This document shows, one piece after another, positions 20,670 to 29,825 of a stretch of DNA of 64,000 bases. Source of the stretch: an uncultured Desulfospira sp. (GTDB lineage Bacteria > Desulfobacterota > Desulfobacteria > Desulfobacterales > Desulfobacteraceae); the NCBI GenBank assembly GCA_963663165.1, contig OY760175.1, positions 3,232,001 through 3,296,000 on the forward strand, given 5' to 3'. Position 1 is the stretch's first letter. Each line of letters opens with the position of its first letter. Made by a program: the position numbers and the translations under genes. Under the pieces are notes generated by a model. The model did no database searches, was not told where the DNA came from, and saw nothing but the letters and a program-made list of their open reading frames with translations.

Positions 20670-22804
20670 GGCCGGAACCATGTGATCAAACCACCGCCCC
20701 CCGGGGCAACACCACCTTGTACGAATATGACGGCAGCAACAACCTTGTCATGTCAACCGACGCCCTGGGCTATGAGACCACCAATGTTTATGACGTGGAT
20801 TTTCACTTAACGGATGTAACCGATCCCCTGGGCAATCTGGTCCACTATAAGTTTGATGAAGAACACCACCTGGTCAACACCGCAGTATACCCGGAGTCCG
20901 GCCAGAGCATCGAAACATCTGCCACGTTTTACGCCAACGGCCTGCCCCATATTTCAACCGACGGCAGGGGCATTGCCACCACCCTGACCTATGACGCTTA
21001 CGGCAACCCTGCCGCCAGCCAGACCGCATCCGCCCCGGCCGTCACCTACACTTATGACGGAACCGGGCTGATGACGTCCCTGACGGACCAGAAAAGCCAG
21101 ACCACGGCATTTGCCTATGACAACCGGGGCCTATTAGAGACCCGGACCGATCCCCTGAGCAAATCCATGGTCCTGGCCTATACCGGTGACGGAAAAATCA
21201 GCACCATCACGGACAGGAACAACGATACGGTGACTTATGCCTATACGGATTCAGGCAAGATCGGCACGGTCTCCTTCCCGGCCGGGACTCCCATCACATA
21301 CACCTATGATAACCGGGACAACCTGGTTGCCATGGCGGACAGCACAGGCACCACCGCCTTTGCCTATGATGCGGTCAACCGGCTGGTTGCCCGGACCGAC
21401 GCCAGAGGGTTCACCGCAGCATACACATACGATGAAGCCGGAAACCCGGCCACCCTGACCTACCCGGACGGCAACACCGTCACCTACACCTATGATGAGC
21501 TCAACCGCCTTGCAACGGTCACAGACTGGCTGGGCCGGACCGCAGTATATGATTATGACGCTGCCGGCCGGCTAACCACGCTCACCCAGTTCAACGGAAC
21601 CCGGGCCGATTACACCTATGACAACGCCAACCGGCTCACCGGCCTTTCCAACCTGGCCGAAACCGGCGGTGACGTCATTGCCTCCTATTCCTTTACCCTG
21701 GACGGCAACGGCAACCGGACCGGCGTCACCCAGGAGACTCCCTTAACGCGGAACCTGACCGCCGCCACCGTGGATTACACCGTGGGCAGCGCCAACCGCC
21801 TGGAAAGCGCCGGCACCGACAGCTTTGCCTATGACGATGAAGGGCAGCTCATCTCCGCTTACGGCAGCACCCTCACCTTTGACTATGAACACCGGCTGAC
21901 CGGCATTGCCGGTGAAACAACAAGCCAGTTCAAATACGACGGGGCCGGCAACCGCATAGAGGCCGACCGCAACGGCGTGATTACCCGGTATATCTACGAT
22001 GCTTCGGGCAACCTCCTGGCCGAGGCTGACTCCGAAAACCAGATTACCCGGTACTACATTTACGGGGCAGGCCTCCTGGCCATGGTGGACACTGCCAACA
22101 CCATGTACTGCTACCACTTTGACGCCACCGGCCACACCATTGCCATGACAGACAATGCCAAAGCCATTGTCAACGCCTATGCCTATACCCCCTTCGGCAT
22201 CCTCGCCAATCAAACCCAAACTATTGAACAGCCGTTCAAGTTCGTGGGCCAATACGGGGTCATGGCCGAATACAACGGCTGGTATTATATGCGGGCCAGA
22301 TATTATGACCCGGAAACCGGCCGGTTCATCTCGGAAGACCCCTTGGGATTTGACGGTGGGGATATCAACCTGTATGCGTACGCCTCAGGGAATCCACTGA
22401 CCTTCATTGACCCCAATGGGCTGTGTATTAAAGCTGCATGGGATACGACAACGAATACTATTTTACCGGGAGCAGGGAAAGCCTTTAGTGAGGCAGGAAA
22501 AACTTTATGGTCGGAAAAAGAAAAAATTGTAGCCGGTGTGGGCAAAGGACTGTATGAAGGAGAAAAAGCTATCCCTACAATATGGAATGATGGTGGTCCA
22601 CTTGCGAAAGGTGTCTTATCTTTTGCTGGATTAACAGTAATCTTACCAGCAAGCTATGTCATGCCTGCTTCAGTGGCCGAATTTGCAGGTGGATATTTAG
22701 AATATCATTCATTGCCAGCAGCTACAGGTCCTGGCATTGGAGGTTTTGTTACAGGTAATATTGTACCGTATATAGACTCTCGATTAGACCCCAAAACATG
22801 GTGA
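20670..22804 (+). pseudogene. Orphan Rhs core plus alternative C-terminal toxin (CT2)
   Basis: Near-identical to about 17820-19570 at offset 2848, diverging after DPNGL; no signal peptide or N-terminal domains; ATG 20651 lies outside the homologous frame. Confidence 0.88.
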
Positions 22805-22811
22805 AAAAATA

Positions 22812-23132
22812 ATGAACTTTTGGCGTGTATACATAGGGCTTGGTTTTATAATTTGGGGTATTTTTGTTAATAGAACTGGATACATTGCTAAATATGGATA
22901 CCAGGTTCCTCCAGAGGTTGGAATTTTTATTATTTTTTGTGGTTTAATATTTTTATTTATAGGTTTTTTACCAACAAAGAAGATTAAAAAACATAAAAAA
23001 TCTTTATTCTGTCCACACTGTAAAAAAAAATATCCTAAAATACATATTCAAATCCCAGTTTGTCCGATATGTAATGGCAAATTAATTGAGTATAGAAATT
23101 TGAAAGACAATGATGCCGGCAGGCAAAAGTAA
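22812..23132 (+). CDS. Putative immunity protein (2 TM helices plus CxxC...CxxC)
   Basis: 7 bp after the CT2 stop; two hydrophobic segments; CPHC and CPIC; low GC. Confidence 0.7.
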   Translation: MNFWRVYIGLGFIIWGIFVNRTGYIAKYGYQVPPEVGIFIIFCGLIFLFIGFLPTKKIKKHKKSLFCPHCKKKYPKIHIQIPVCPICNGKLIEYRNLKDNDAGRQK

Positions 23133-23180
23133 TGGGAAAAAGTGGGACGCCCTTAACTTTTGATTCCTGTGAAGCAACTA

Positions 23181-23250
23181 GATAAATGGATAAATGGGGT
23201 CAGAGTAAAATTATTTTTATGACGTTCGATTTTACCCTGATCCCAAATCC
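23181..23250. repeat. Palindromic repeat R1 (degenerate right arm)
   Basis: GATAAATGGATAAATGGGGTCAGAGTAAAATTA ... ATTTTACCCTGATCCCA. Confidence 0.75.
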
Positions 23251-23274
23251 GGTTTGACCGAGTGTTCCAGTTCA

Positions 23275-23375
23275 CCTACCCCCAAACCGTCACCGACGGC
23301 AGGGGTATTGTTACAACCTTTACCTATGACAATTACGGTAACCCGGACACCACCCAGACAGCCAATGCCCCGGCC
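23275..23375 (+). pseudogene. Diverged Rhs core fragment
   Basis: Encodes PQTVTDGRGIVTTFTYDNYGNPDTTQTANAPA, homologous to PHISTDARGIATTLTYDAYGNPAASQTASAPA at about 18095-18195. Confidence 0.8.
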
Positions 23376-23392
23376 ATTGACAATGGACAATG

Positions 23393-23468
23393 AATGGGGT
23401 CAGAGTAAAATTATTTTAAAATTCCCAATTTTTGGGCTACGTTTAATTTTACTCTGACCCCAAAATTC
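23393..23468. repeat. Palindromic repeat R2 (68-bp core 23395-23462)
   Basis: Perfect 19-bp IR TGGGGTCAGAGTAAAATTA around a 30-bp spacer identical in R2-R5. Confidence 0.9.
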
Positions 23469-23500
23469 GACTCCGCGGGAAGAGGCGTTTCCTTTAACTA

Positions 23501-25377
23501 GTGCCTGACCGGAAATTGGAACCATCATATTTTCCAGGGGTATCTGGGCTGAAATTCGTTTGAAGTTTCTGTTGTGATATGAATTACTTGTTGCTTTTTA
23601 CTAATCACTATGTTAATCTAACCCTATAAAATTATATAGGATTTATGTTTTGTGAGACAAGCCAATAGTAATTCAAACTTCAACATTCCATCAGAACTTC
23701 GAGGTCGTTTTGCGTAAAATTTTTGAACTACAGATGACATTCGGGCAGACCCCTATCGATCAAATTAAAATTGATATGAGAGCCAGGGATGAAATCCCCA
23801 AACTTCTTTTGGGACTCCAACATATCTATTGCGACCAGAGTCTTCGACAAAAAGTTTTTGATATCCTCACGGACATGATCCCAGAAAGTACCGATTCTAA
23901 AAATGGACGTCCCGGTATGGACCTGTGGAAGATCCTTGTAATGGGCGTCATTCGGCTCAATTGCAATTGGGATTATGATAAACTCCAGGAAATGGTGAAC
24001 AACCACAAAACAATAAGGCAGATGCTGGGGCATGGCATGATGGACAATGATATCGCCTACCCCCTTCAGACCCTGAAAGATAATGTCAGGCTTATGACCC
24101 CAGATATTCTTGAAAAATCAACACTCTGGTTGTGCAAGAAGGCCATAAACTTCTGATGAAAAAAAACTTCGGACGATGGAGCCTTGATTGGGCGGTGTGA
24201 TTCATTCGTTGTAGAAACCAATGTTCATTATCCCACAGATATCAACCTGCTTTTTGATGCAGTCCGAAAAATGATTCAAATTGCCGCTTATTATCAGCCA
24301 GGACATTGGAACGAGTATGTGGCGGCAATCAGCGTATAATATTAAAGCATTTAAAAAGCTTTATCGAATAGTCCAGCGTTTGAAACATTCCACATCAAAG
24401 GATGAAAAGAAAAAGGCCAAAAGAGTCCAGCAAATTATGGATGCCCATACAGCATATATCAAGCTTGCTGAAAAATATATTCAAAAGGCGCGATTGACCG
24501 TGGAAATGATACCGGCATCCGATATTATATGTGCAGCCCGAGCTGAAGAATTACAAACATATATCAACTACGCACTTTGGCAAATTGATTTGATCAAACG
24601 CCGGGTGTTACAGGATGAAAAGATCCCCCATGAAGACAAGATTTTTTCGATTTTCGAACCCCACACGGAGTGGATTTCAAAAGGCAAGGCCGGTGTTCCC
24701 CAGGAATTGGGCTTGCGGGTATGTATCCTGGAGGACCAATATGGCTTTATCCTGCACCACCGGGTGATGGAGAAAGAAACCGATGATAAAGTCGCCGTTG
24801 CGATGGTAACATTGGCACAAAGCAAATTTTCTGATCTCAAAGGATGCAGTTTTGATAAAGGGTTTTACTCTCCAGGCAACAAAAAGGACCTGAAGGGCAG
24901 ATTGGATATTTTGGTGCTTCCGAAAAAAGGCAGATGCAACAAGGCGGAATATGAAGAAGAAACAGCGGAAGATTTCATTCGTTTTAAAAGAAAACATTCA
25001 GCGGTGGAATCTGCCATAAACGGACTGGAAAATCATGGTCTTGACAGATGCCCGGATCATGGCATTCAAGGGTTTAAGAGGTATGTGAGCCTGTCGGTTT
25101 TGGCAAGAAATCTCCAGATCATCGGGCATCACATACAACAAAAGGGATTAAAAAAGCTGCAAGGGTCTGAACAGCGCAAAGCAGCTTAAAACAGGCCATT
25201 GCTTAAAAAAAACACGGCAAACACTACAGTTGCGTCCGGAAAAGGAGAAAGTTGCCGAAAACCGGCAGAGATGGAAGCATTTCTCCCGGTTTGTGATGAC
25301 AGGAACAACAAAGATTTAAGGTTTTGTCAAACATCGACCCCCTGAAAATTTCAAAATCGGGGTTTCCGGTCAGGCAC
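23501..25377 (+). mobile_element. ISNCY (ISDol1-like) insertion sequence with frameshifted transposase, inserted in an Rhs remnant
   Basis: 15-bp TIR GTGCCTGACCGGAAA; 6-bp TSD TAACTA (boundary ambiguous by 1-2 bp); tnp split into 23710-24156 and 24281-25189 (KIFSIFEPHTEWISKGKAG, SFDKGFYS, HSAVESAIN); flanks rejoin to an rhs fragment matching about 17467-17555. Confidence 0.85.
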
Positions 25378-25512
25378 TAACTATACCGGAGACAACCTGG
25401 CCACTTACACAGACCCGGAAAACAAGGTCTGGACCTATGGCCATGGGGTCAGGCTTGACATTTTGACATTTAGGTAAAAGCAACACCGGGTCTTGATCGC
25501 TGATCAAGACCC

Positions 25513-25659
25513 GATAAATGATAAATGGGGTCAGAGTAAAATTATTTCGGATAAATGGGGTCAGAGTAAAATTATTTCGGATAAATGGGGTCAGAGTAAA
25601 ATTATTTTAAAATTCCCAATTTTTGGGCTACGTTTAATTTTACTCTGACCCCAAAATTC
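25513..25659. repeat. Palindromic repeat R3 with three tandem 30-bp left arms
   Basis: (ATAAATGGGGTCAGAGTAAAATTATTTCGG)x2 followed by the full element. Confidence 0.9.
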
Positions 25660-25660
25660 G

Positions 25661-25822
25661 GGATTAGTTGTTGGTCCCGGGGATAATATTTTTGGTTTTA
25701 ATGTTGGAATAGTTGTTGGAGCCAGCGTTGGCCTTCCTATAGAGACTTCAATCTCAAAGAATACGACTTGGGCTACAGGTGCCTCTAATACTACAAGCGG
25801 TTCTACTGCCTGCTTGAAGTGA
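25661..25822 (+). pseudogene. Truncated toxin C-terminus (CT3 remnant)
   Basis: GLVVGPGDNIFGFNVGIVVGASVGLPIETSISKNTTWATG...CLK-stop begins right at the R3 end and precedes an immunity-like ORF. Confidence 0.55.
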
Positions 25823-25868
25823 TATTGTATTTTTAAAAATTTAATGATCTAATTTTTAACGTGCCATT

Positions 25869-26183
25869 ATGGAAAACACTACCAACAAAGCGAAAAACGA
25901 ACTTCGTATTGCTTTTAAAAAACGTCGAATAGGCTTTCTGATAATATTGTCTTTTATTCCTATAGGATCACTAATTGTTGAGGTTGGCAAATCTTCTATT
26001 TGGGTAGGAATATTTATTTTTACATATCTACTTTTTATTGGTTATTTTCTTTCCAGAGTTTTATTGTACAGGTGTCCTCGTTGCAAAAATATCTTTCTTG
26101 GGCCTTCTTCAAGAATTAAATTTGTAACAAATAGATGCTATTATTGCGGTCTTAGTTTAGAAGAAGATAATCCGAAAAAATGA
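25869..26183 (+). CDS. Putative orphan immunity protein (2 TM helices plus CxxC...CxxC)
   Basis: Two hydrophobic segments, CPRC and CYYC, low GC, same architecture as 22812-23132. Confidence 0.65.
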   Translation: MENTTNKAKNELRIAFKKRRIGFLIILSFIPIGSLIVEVGKSSIWVGIFIFTYLLFIGYFLSRVLLYRCPRCKNIFLGPSSRIKFVTNRCYYCGLSLEEDNPKK

Positions 26184-26228
26184 ATACCACCAGTAAACTG
26201 GTGGTTTCATGAGGCCCCCCTAAAGGTG

Positions 26229-26322
26229 GATAAATGGGGTCGGATAAATGGGGTCAGAGTAAAATTATTTTAAAATTCCCAATTTTTGGGCTACGTTTAA
26301 TTTTACTCTGACCCCAAAACTC
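26229..26322. repeat. Palindromic repeat R4
   Basis: GATAAATGGGGTC stutter, then the full 68-bp core. Confidence 0.9.
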
Positions 26323-27103
26323 AGAAGAAGGTCGCCAAAGCCAAGGTAAAAAAAAATTCCTGAAACAGACATCATTTTTGAATATGTGCATAGGACAAAC
26401 CAACTAGCCGATGAAACAGATGGCGTTTTACGTATCTCAATGGACGCAAAAGCCACTATTAAAATAGGGCCTTATTCCCGAGGCGGATATAGTCGTTGCA
26501 ATCTTAAAGCGGCGGACCATGATTTTAAACCCGATTCCCTTTTGAAACTTTTCGGTATCAACATACCTGCTCTGGATGAAAATTATATGTACTTCACTGA
26601 AAGCAACATCACCTCTGATTTCATGATTGATGCGCTGGAATCACTCTGGCCTTCTTTGAACGCAAGATTCGCCCCACATACACTGGTGATCAATCTTGAT
26701 AATGGGCCGGAAAATAGTAGCCGAAGGAGCCAATTCATTAGTCGCCTCGTGGACTTTGCCAAATCAGCATTTGTAAATATTAGTTTGGTGTACTATCCCC
26801 CGTACCACAGTAAATACAACCCAATAGAGCGAGTTTGGGGTGTTTTGGAAAATCATTGGAAAGGCGAATTGCTGAACAAAATTGAAAAGGTTCTCGGTCT
26901 ATGTCGAACAATGACATGGAAAGGAGAAAATCCTGTCGTCAAATTAATCAAAGGTGTTTACCCGACAGGGGTACGTTTGGTCAAGTCCGCCGTGAATAAT
27001 ATAGAAAACAAAATTATTCGGATTCCAGGGATTGAAAAATGGGCTGTTGATATTCCATGCTATGAGGAATGAATTGTGGGTTTTAATTTTACCACATCCC
27101 TTA
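26323..27103 (+). mobile_element. 5'-truncated ISAzo13-family transposase remnant
   Basis: RISMDAKA, DHDF, INLDNGPEN, YYPPYHSKYNPIER motifs; begins abruptly at the R4 end. Confidence 0.8.
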
Positions 27104-27155
27104 TTGTCTTAACGCTGTCTTGTATCCTAACCGGTATTTTATAAGAGTAAAAGAA

Positions 27156-27370
27156 GATAAATGAGATAAATGGATAAATGGGGTCAGAGTAAAATTATTT
27201 TAGATAAATGGCGATAAATGGGGTCAGAGTAAAATTATTTTAGATAAATGGGGTCAGAGTAAAATTATTTTAAAATTCCCAATTTTTGGGCTACGTTTAA
27301 TTTTACTCTGACCCCAAAATTCTAAAATTCCAGACCCCAAAATTCCAATTTTACTCTGACCCCAAAATTC
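27156..27370. repeat. Palindromic repeat cluster R5 with multiple left-arm and right-arm stutters
   Basis: Three GGGGTCAGAGTAAAATTATTT arms plus partial GATAAAT prefixes; repeated GACCCCAAAATTC suffixes. Confidence 0.9.
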
Positions 27371-27868
27371 CGTGGTGCCGATGACCATGAAAAACATGCC
27401 ACAGGCCTTTTTTGATAAAAAACCATGTACTTGAGCTGCTCTCCAACTGGATGGCAATATCCCAGATAATGATGGTGCTCGATCAGGCTATTGAACAATG
27501 CCTCATTGGGGGTATTTTTAACCAGTTCAATATCAAGGGGTGTGAGCTCATTAAGACCGGCCGTCACCCGGGTTTGATCTATCTGTATTTTTGCCGATTT
27601 TTTACGGTTCAAAAATGGATTATTGGGAGTCTGTTTTCTGGCTGGAAGGGGTGATATGCCCCTGCCTGTGAAGTGCCAGCATGTATCCTCTGGCAATCAT
27701 GTCACGAAGATTACCGTTGAGCTGAACCCAGTTCCATTCCTCGCACAGCATTTTTGACAATGCCAAACGGCTGTCTTGGGGGTTATCCTTTATTAACCGG
27801 TTTATGAAGGCAATATCATCCCGGGTTGCCGTCCTGCCTCTATATGTAAGTACGATGTCATCTGTCAT
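27371..27868 (-). pseudogene. DUF4338-like gene, frameshifted and 3'-truncated
   Basis: LSKMLCEEWNW..NG, HHYLGY..PVGEQLKY motifs; extra base near 27650. Confidence 0.7.
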
Positions 27869-27913
27869 GGCAACGTCTTATAATAGATTTTGGGTTCGAA
27901 CGTACGAAAAAAA

Positions 27914-28267
27914 TTATGCAGACAGCTTTTTCCATGCCGGGGCTGCCCTGGTATTAAACGGATCACCGTTCCATAGCAGCATTTGAAGTTCATGCGCATC
28001 AAGGGTTTTGCATCCGGTTGCGTTTACCGGCCACCATTTAAAACGGCCTTGGGATAACCGCTTCTGGCATAACCAGAAACCTTGAGAGTCATAGCATAAT
28101 ACCTTTATGGCTGTTCGTCTCCGGTTGATAAATACAAACAGGTATCCGGAAAAAGGATCGGAATGGAGTATCTTCCGGCATAACCCGGCCAGGCCGTCAA
28201 TGCCTTTCCTGAAATCTACCGGATCAACAGCCAGTAAGATCTTCATATGAGGTGTGATCTGGATCAT
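27914..28267 (-). CDS. tnpB: IS66 accessory protein TnpB
   Basis: PVDFRKGIDGL, LFVFINRRRTAIKVL, GFWLCQKRL..GRF.W. Confidence 0.92.
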   Translation of the reverse strand: MIQITPHMKILLAVDPVDFRKGIDGLAGLCRKILHSDPFSGYLFVFINRRRTAIKVLCYDSQGFWLCQKRLSQGRFKWWPVNATGCKTLDAHELQMLLWNGDPFNTRAAPAWKKLSA

Positions 28268-28677
28268 GGCAGTCCCTCAAGAAAATATCTGCCAAGATCA
28301 ATGGCCGCGGGATCTGCCCGCCCCCGGAAGCACATGCGCAGCTTTACTCCGGATGGTTTTTCCATCTCTATGATGCAATCCGTGGCGGCAAATGGCGGTT
28401 CCAGTTCAACAAATGTGGCTGGCTCATCCTCAATGGGTTGTATGGCAACCGGCGGGCTTGCTGTGATGTGTAATTTCAGGTCTGTATAATTGAGCCTTAA
28501 AGTCCGGGCAATCTTGTTTATACTCAGGTTATAAGAATAAAAAAGATTTACAGCCGCAGACCATAATGAATCCGGAATACATCCGATTTTTGTCCGCGTT
28601 TCTCTCCAGGCTGCAAACTGTTGTGCCACTTTTTCAAGTGCTGAATACTGTTTGCCTGTCAGCTTTGTTTTATTCAT
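28264..28677 (-). CDS. IS66 Orf1/TnpA-like HTH protein
   Basis: FAAWR...IPDSLWSAAV, FVEL; 4-bp overlap with tnpB. Confidence 0.7.
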   Translation of the reverse strand: MNKTKLTGKQYSALEKVAQQFAAWRETRTKIGCIPDSLWSAAVNLFYSYNLSINKIARTLRLNYTDLKLHITASPPVAIQPIEDEPATFVELEPPFAATDCIIEMEKPSGVKLRMCFRGRADPAAIDLGRYFLEGLP

Positions 28678-28815
28678 GGGTCCCTCCTTAAAATGTTGAT
28701 GGGACCGTTATATCAGCTGCGAAAACTTAATTCATACAGGCTTACCGAAGGGACACAATGGAACTAGAGTGATACAGGTGCATAAGCACACTCTTTCAAT
28801 GAAAATATGTTCCAT

Positions 28816-29652
28816 TCAAGGAAACGTAACCTGGGTCCCGGCATTGTTAAGGAAAAAACGGTCCCCAAAGGATTGCGCCAGAAATGATGTGGCCCGGAAC
28901 CCGGTACAATGGGACACGCCTATTTTTTTCAGGCCGATATTTTTGAGCTCGGCCGCGGTGTGTTTGAGCCTTTCGTCTGTGGCCGGGGCCAGATGAGTTC
29001 CGCCCACCACCCCGTATACACGAGATTCACCGGTTAACTTCTGGGCATGGCGTATGGTATTGATAATGCCGCGGTGGGCACACCCTGAAACAATGACCAG
29101 CCCCTGGGCGGTTCTTACAATCAGCGACAGATCATCTGGCACGGTGTCAGGAATCATAGTCCCCTGGTCTTTGACCTGAAGGTTCGGCTCAATCTGTTCA
29201 TAGGGGATATTCATTGTGACCACGCCGGTGGTCATGATTTCTTCTGAAAATTTCACCGGTGCTTCGCTATAGGTAAAAGAGGCCCCATAACCGATGAGCT
29301 CTTGGCGGGTAAAAGGGATACCAATATAGGTGATCTTATTCTCATTGGGGAACCGGGTGTACTTGAGGTCCCAAATGGCCGGATGGGCAACAACCTCTTT
29401 TTCCCTGGTTCTTTTAAGCACTTCTCTAAGGCCGCCGGTATGATCCCCATGCCCATGGCTTAAAACGATTTTATCAATCGTTGAAAGGTCAATACCCAGT
29501 TTATCGGCGTTCCTTACTGCCGCATCTTCGGCACCCGTATCGAACAATATTTTATGGTGTTCGGTTTCCACCAGAATGCTCAATCCCCATTCGGCCATGA
29601 AGCCTGGCTTGGCAGCGGTATTTTCGCTAAGCGTGGTCAATCTGAGTGCCAT
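28816..29652 (-). CDS. MBL-fold metallo-hydrolase
   Basis: EWGLS, LFDTG, SHGHGDHTGG, GCAHRG, GGTHL, SHCTG. Confidence 0.88.
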   Translation of the reverse strand: MALRLTTLSENTAAKPGFMAEWGLSILVETEHHKILFDTGAEDAAVRNADKLGIDLSTIDKIVLSHGHGDHTGGLREVLKRTREKEVVAHPAIWDLKYTRFPNENKITYIGIPFTRQELIGYGASFTYSEAPVKFSEEIMTTGVVTMNIPYEQIEPNLQVKDQGTMIPDTVPDDLSLIVRTAQGLVIVSGCAHRGIINTIRHAQKLTGESRVYGVVGGTHLAPATDERLKHTAAELKNIGLKKIGVSHCTGFRATSFLAQSFGDRFFLNNAGTQVTFP

Positions 29653-29825
29653 GCTTTTATCTTCCTTTTAAAAATATTATTTTCAGGCATAAAAAAACAT
29701 GCCGTCCCAAAAAGATGGCATAGCATAAACCGGACCGGCTCTGCAATTTGTTTAAAGTGCAATTCACTCAAGAAAGGAGGGGGAAATAGAAGGAGGGGAT
29801 CAAGGCTTGACCCCCTCCTGAGGTT

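Larger units (their letters stand above)
27371..28745 (-). mobile_element. Truncated IS66-family element (tnpA, tnpB, DUF4338-like gene; tnpC absent)
   Basis: GTAAGC terminus at 28745 on the minus strand; cut off at repeat R5. Confidence 0.75.

Noticed and set aside
20651..20690. ATG 20651 as the true start of a 717-aa expressed Rhs
   Set aside because: No clear RBS, and the first codons are out of frame with the homologous rhs segment; treated as an orphan module
4654..23179. Shared 14-mer CCTGTGAAGCAACT at 4654 and 23166
   Set aside because: Several 14-bp matches are expected by chance in 64 kb, and there is no flanking similarity
25513..25620. 30-bp direct repeats as a CRISPR array
   Set aside because: The repeats are head-to-tail with no unique spacers, no cas genes are present, and the units are arms of an inverted-repeat element
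27371..27868. Druantia anti-phage system
   Set aside because: Only a broken DUF4338-like gene inside an IS66-like element; no DruE helicase or other dru genes
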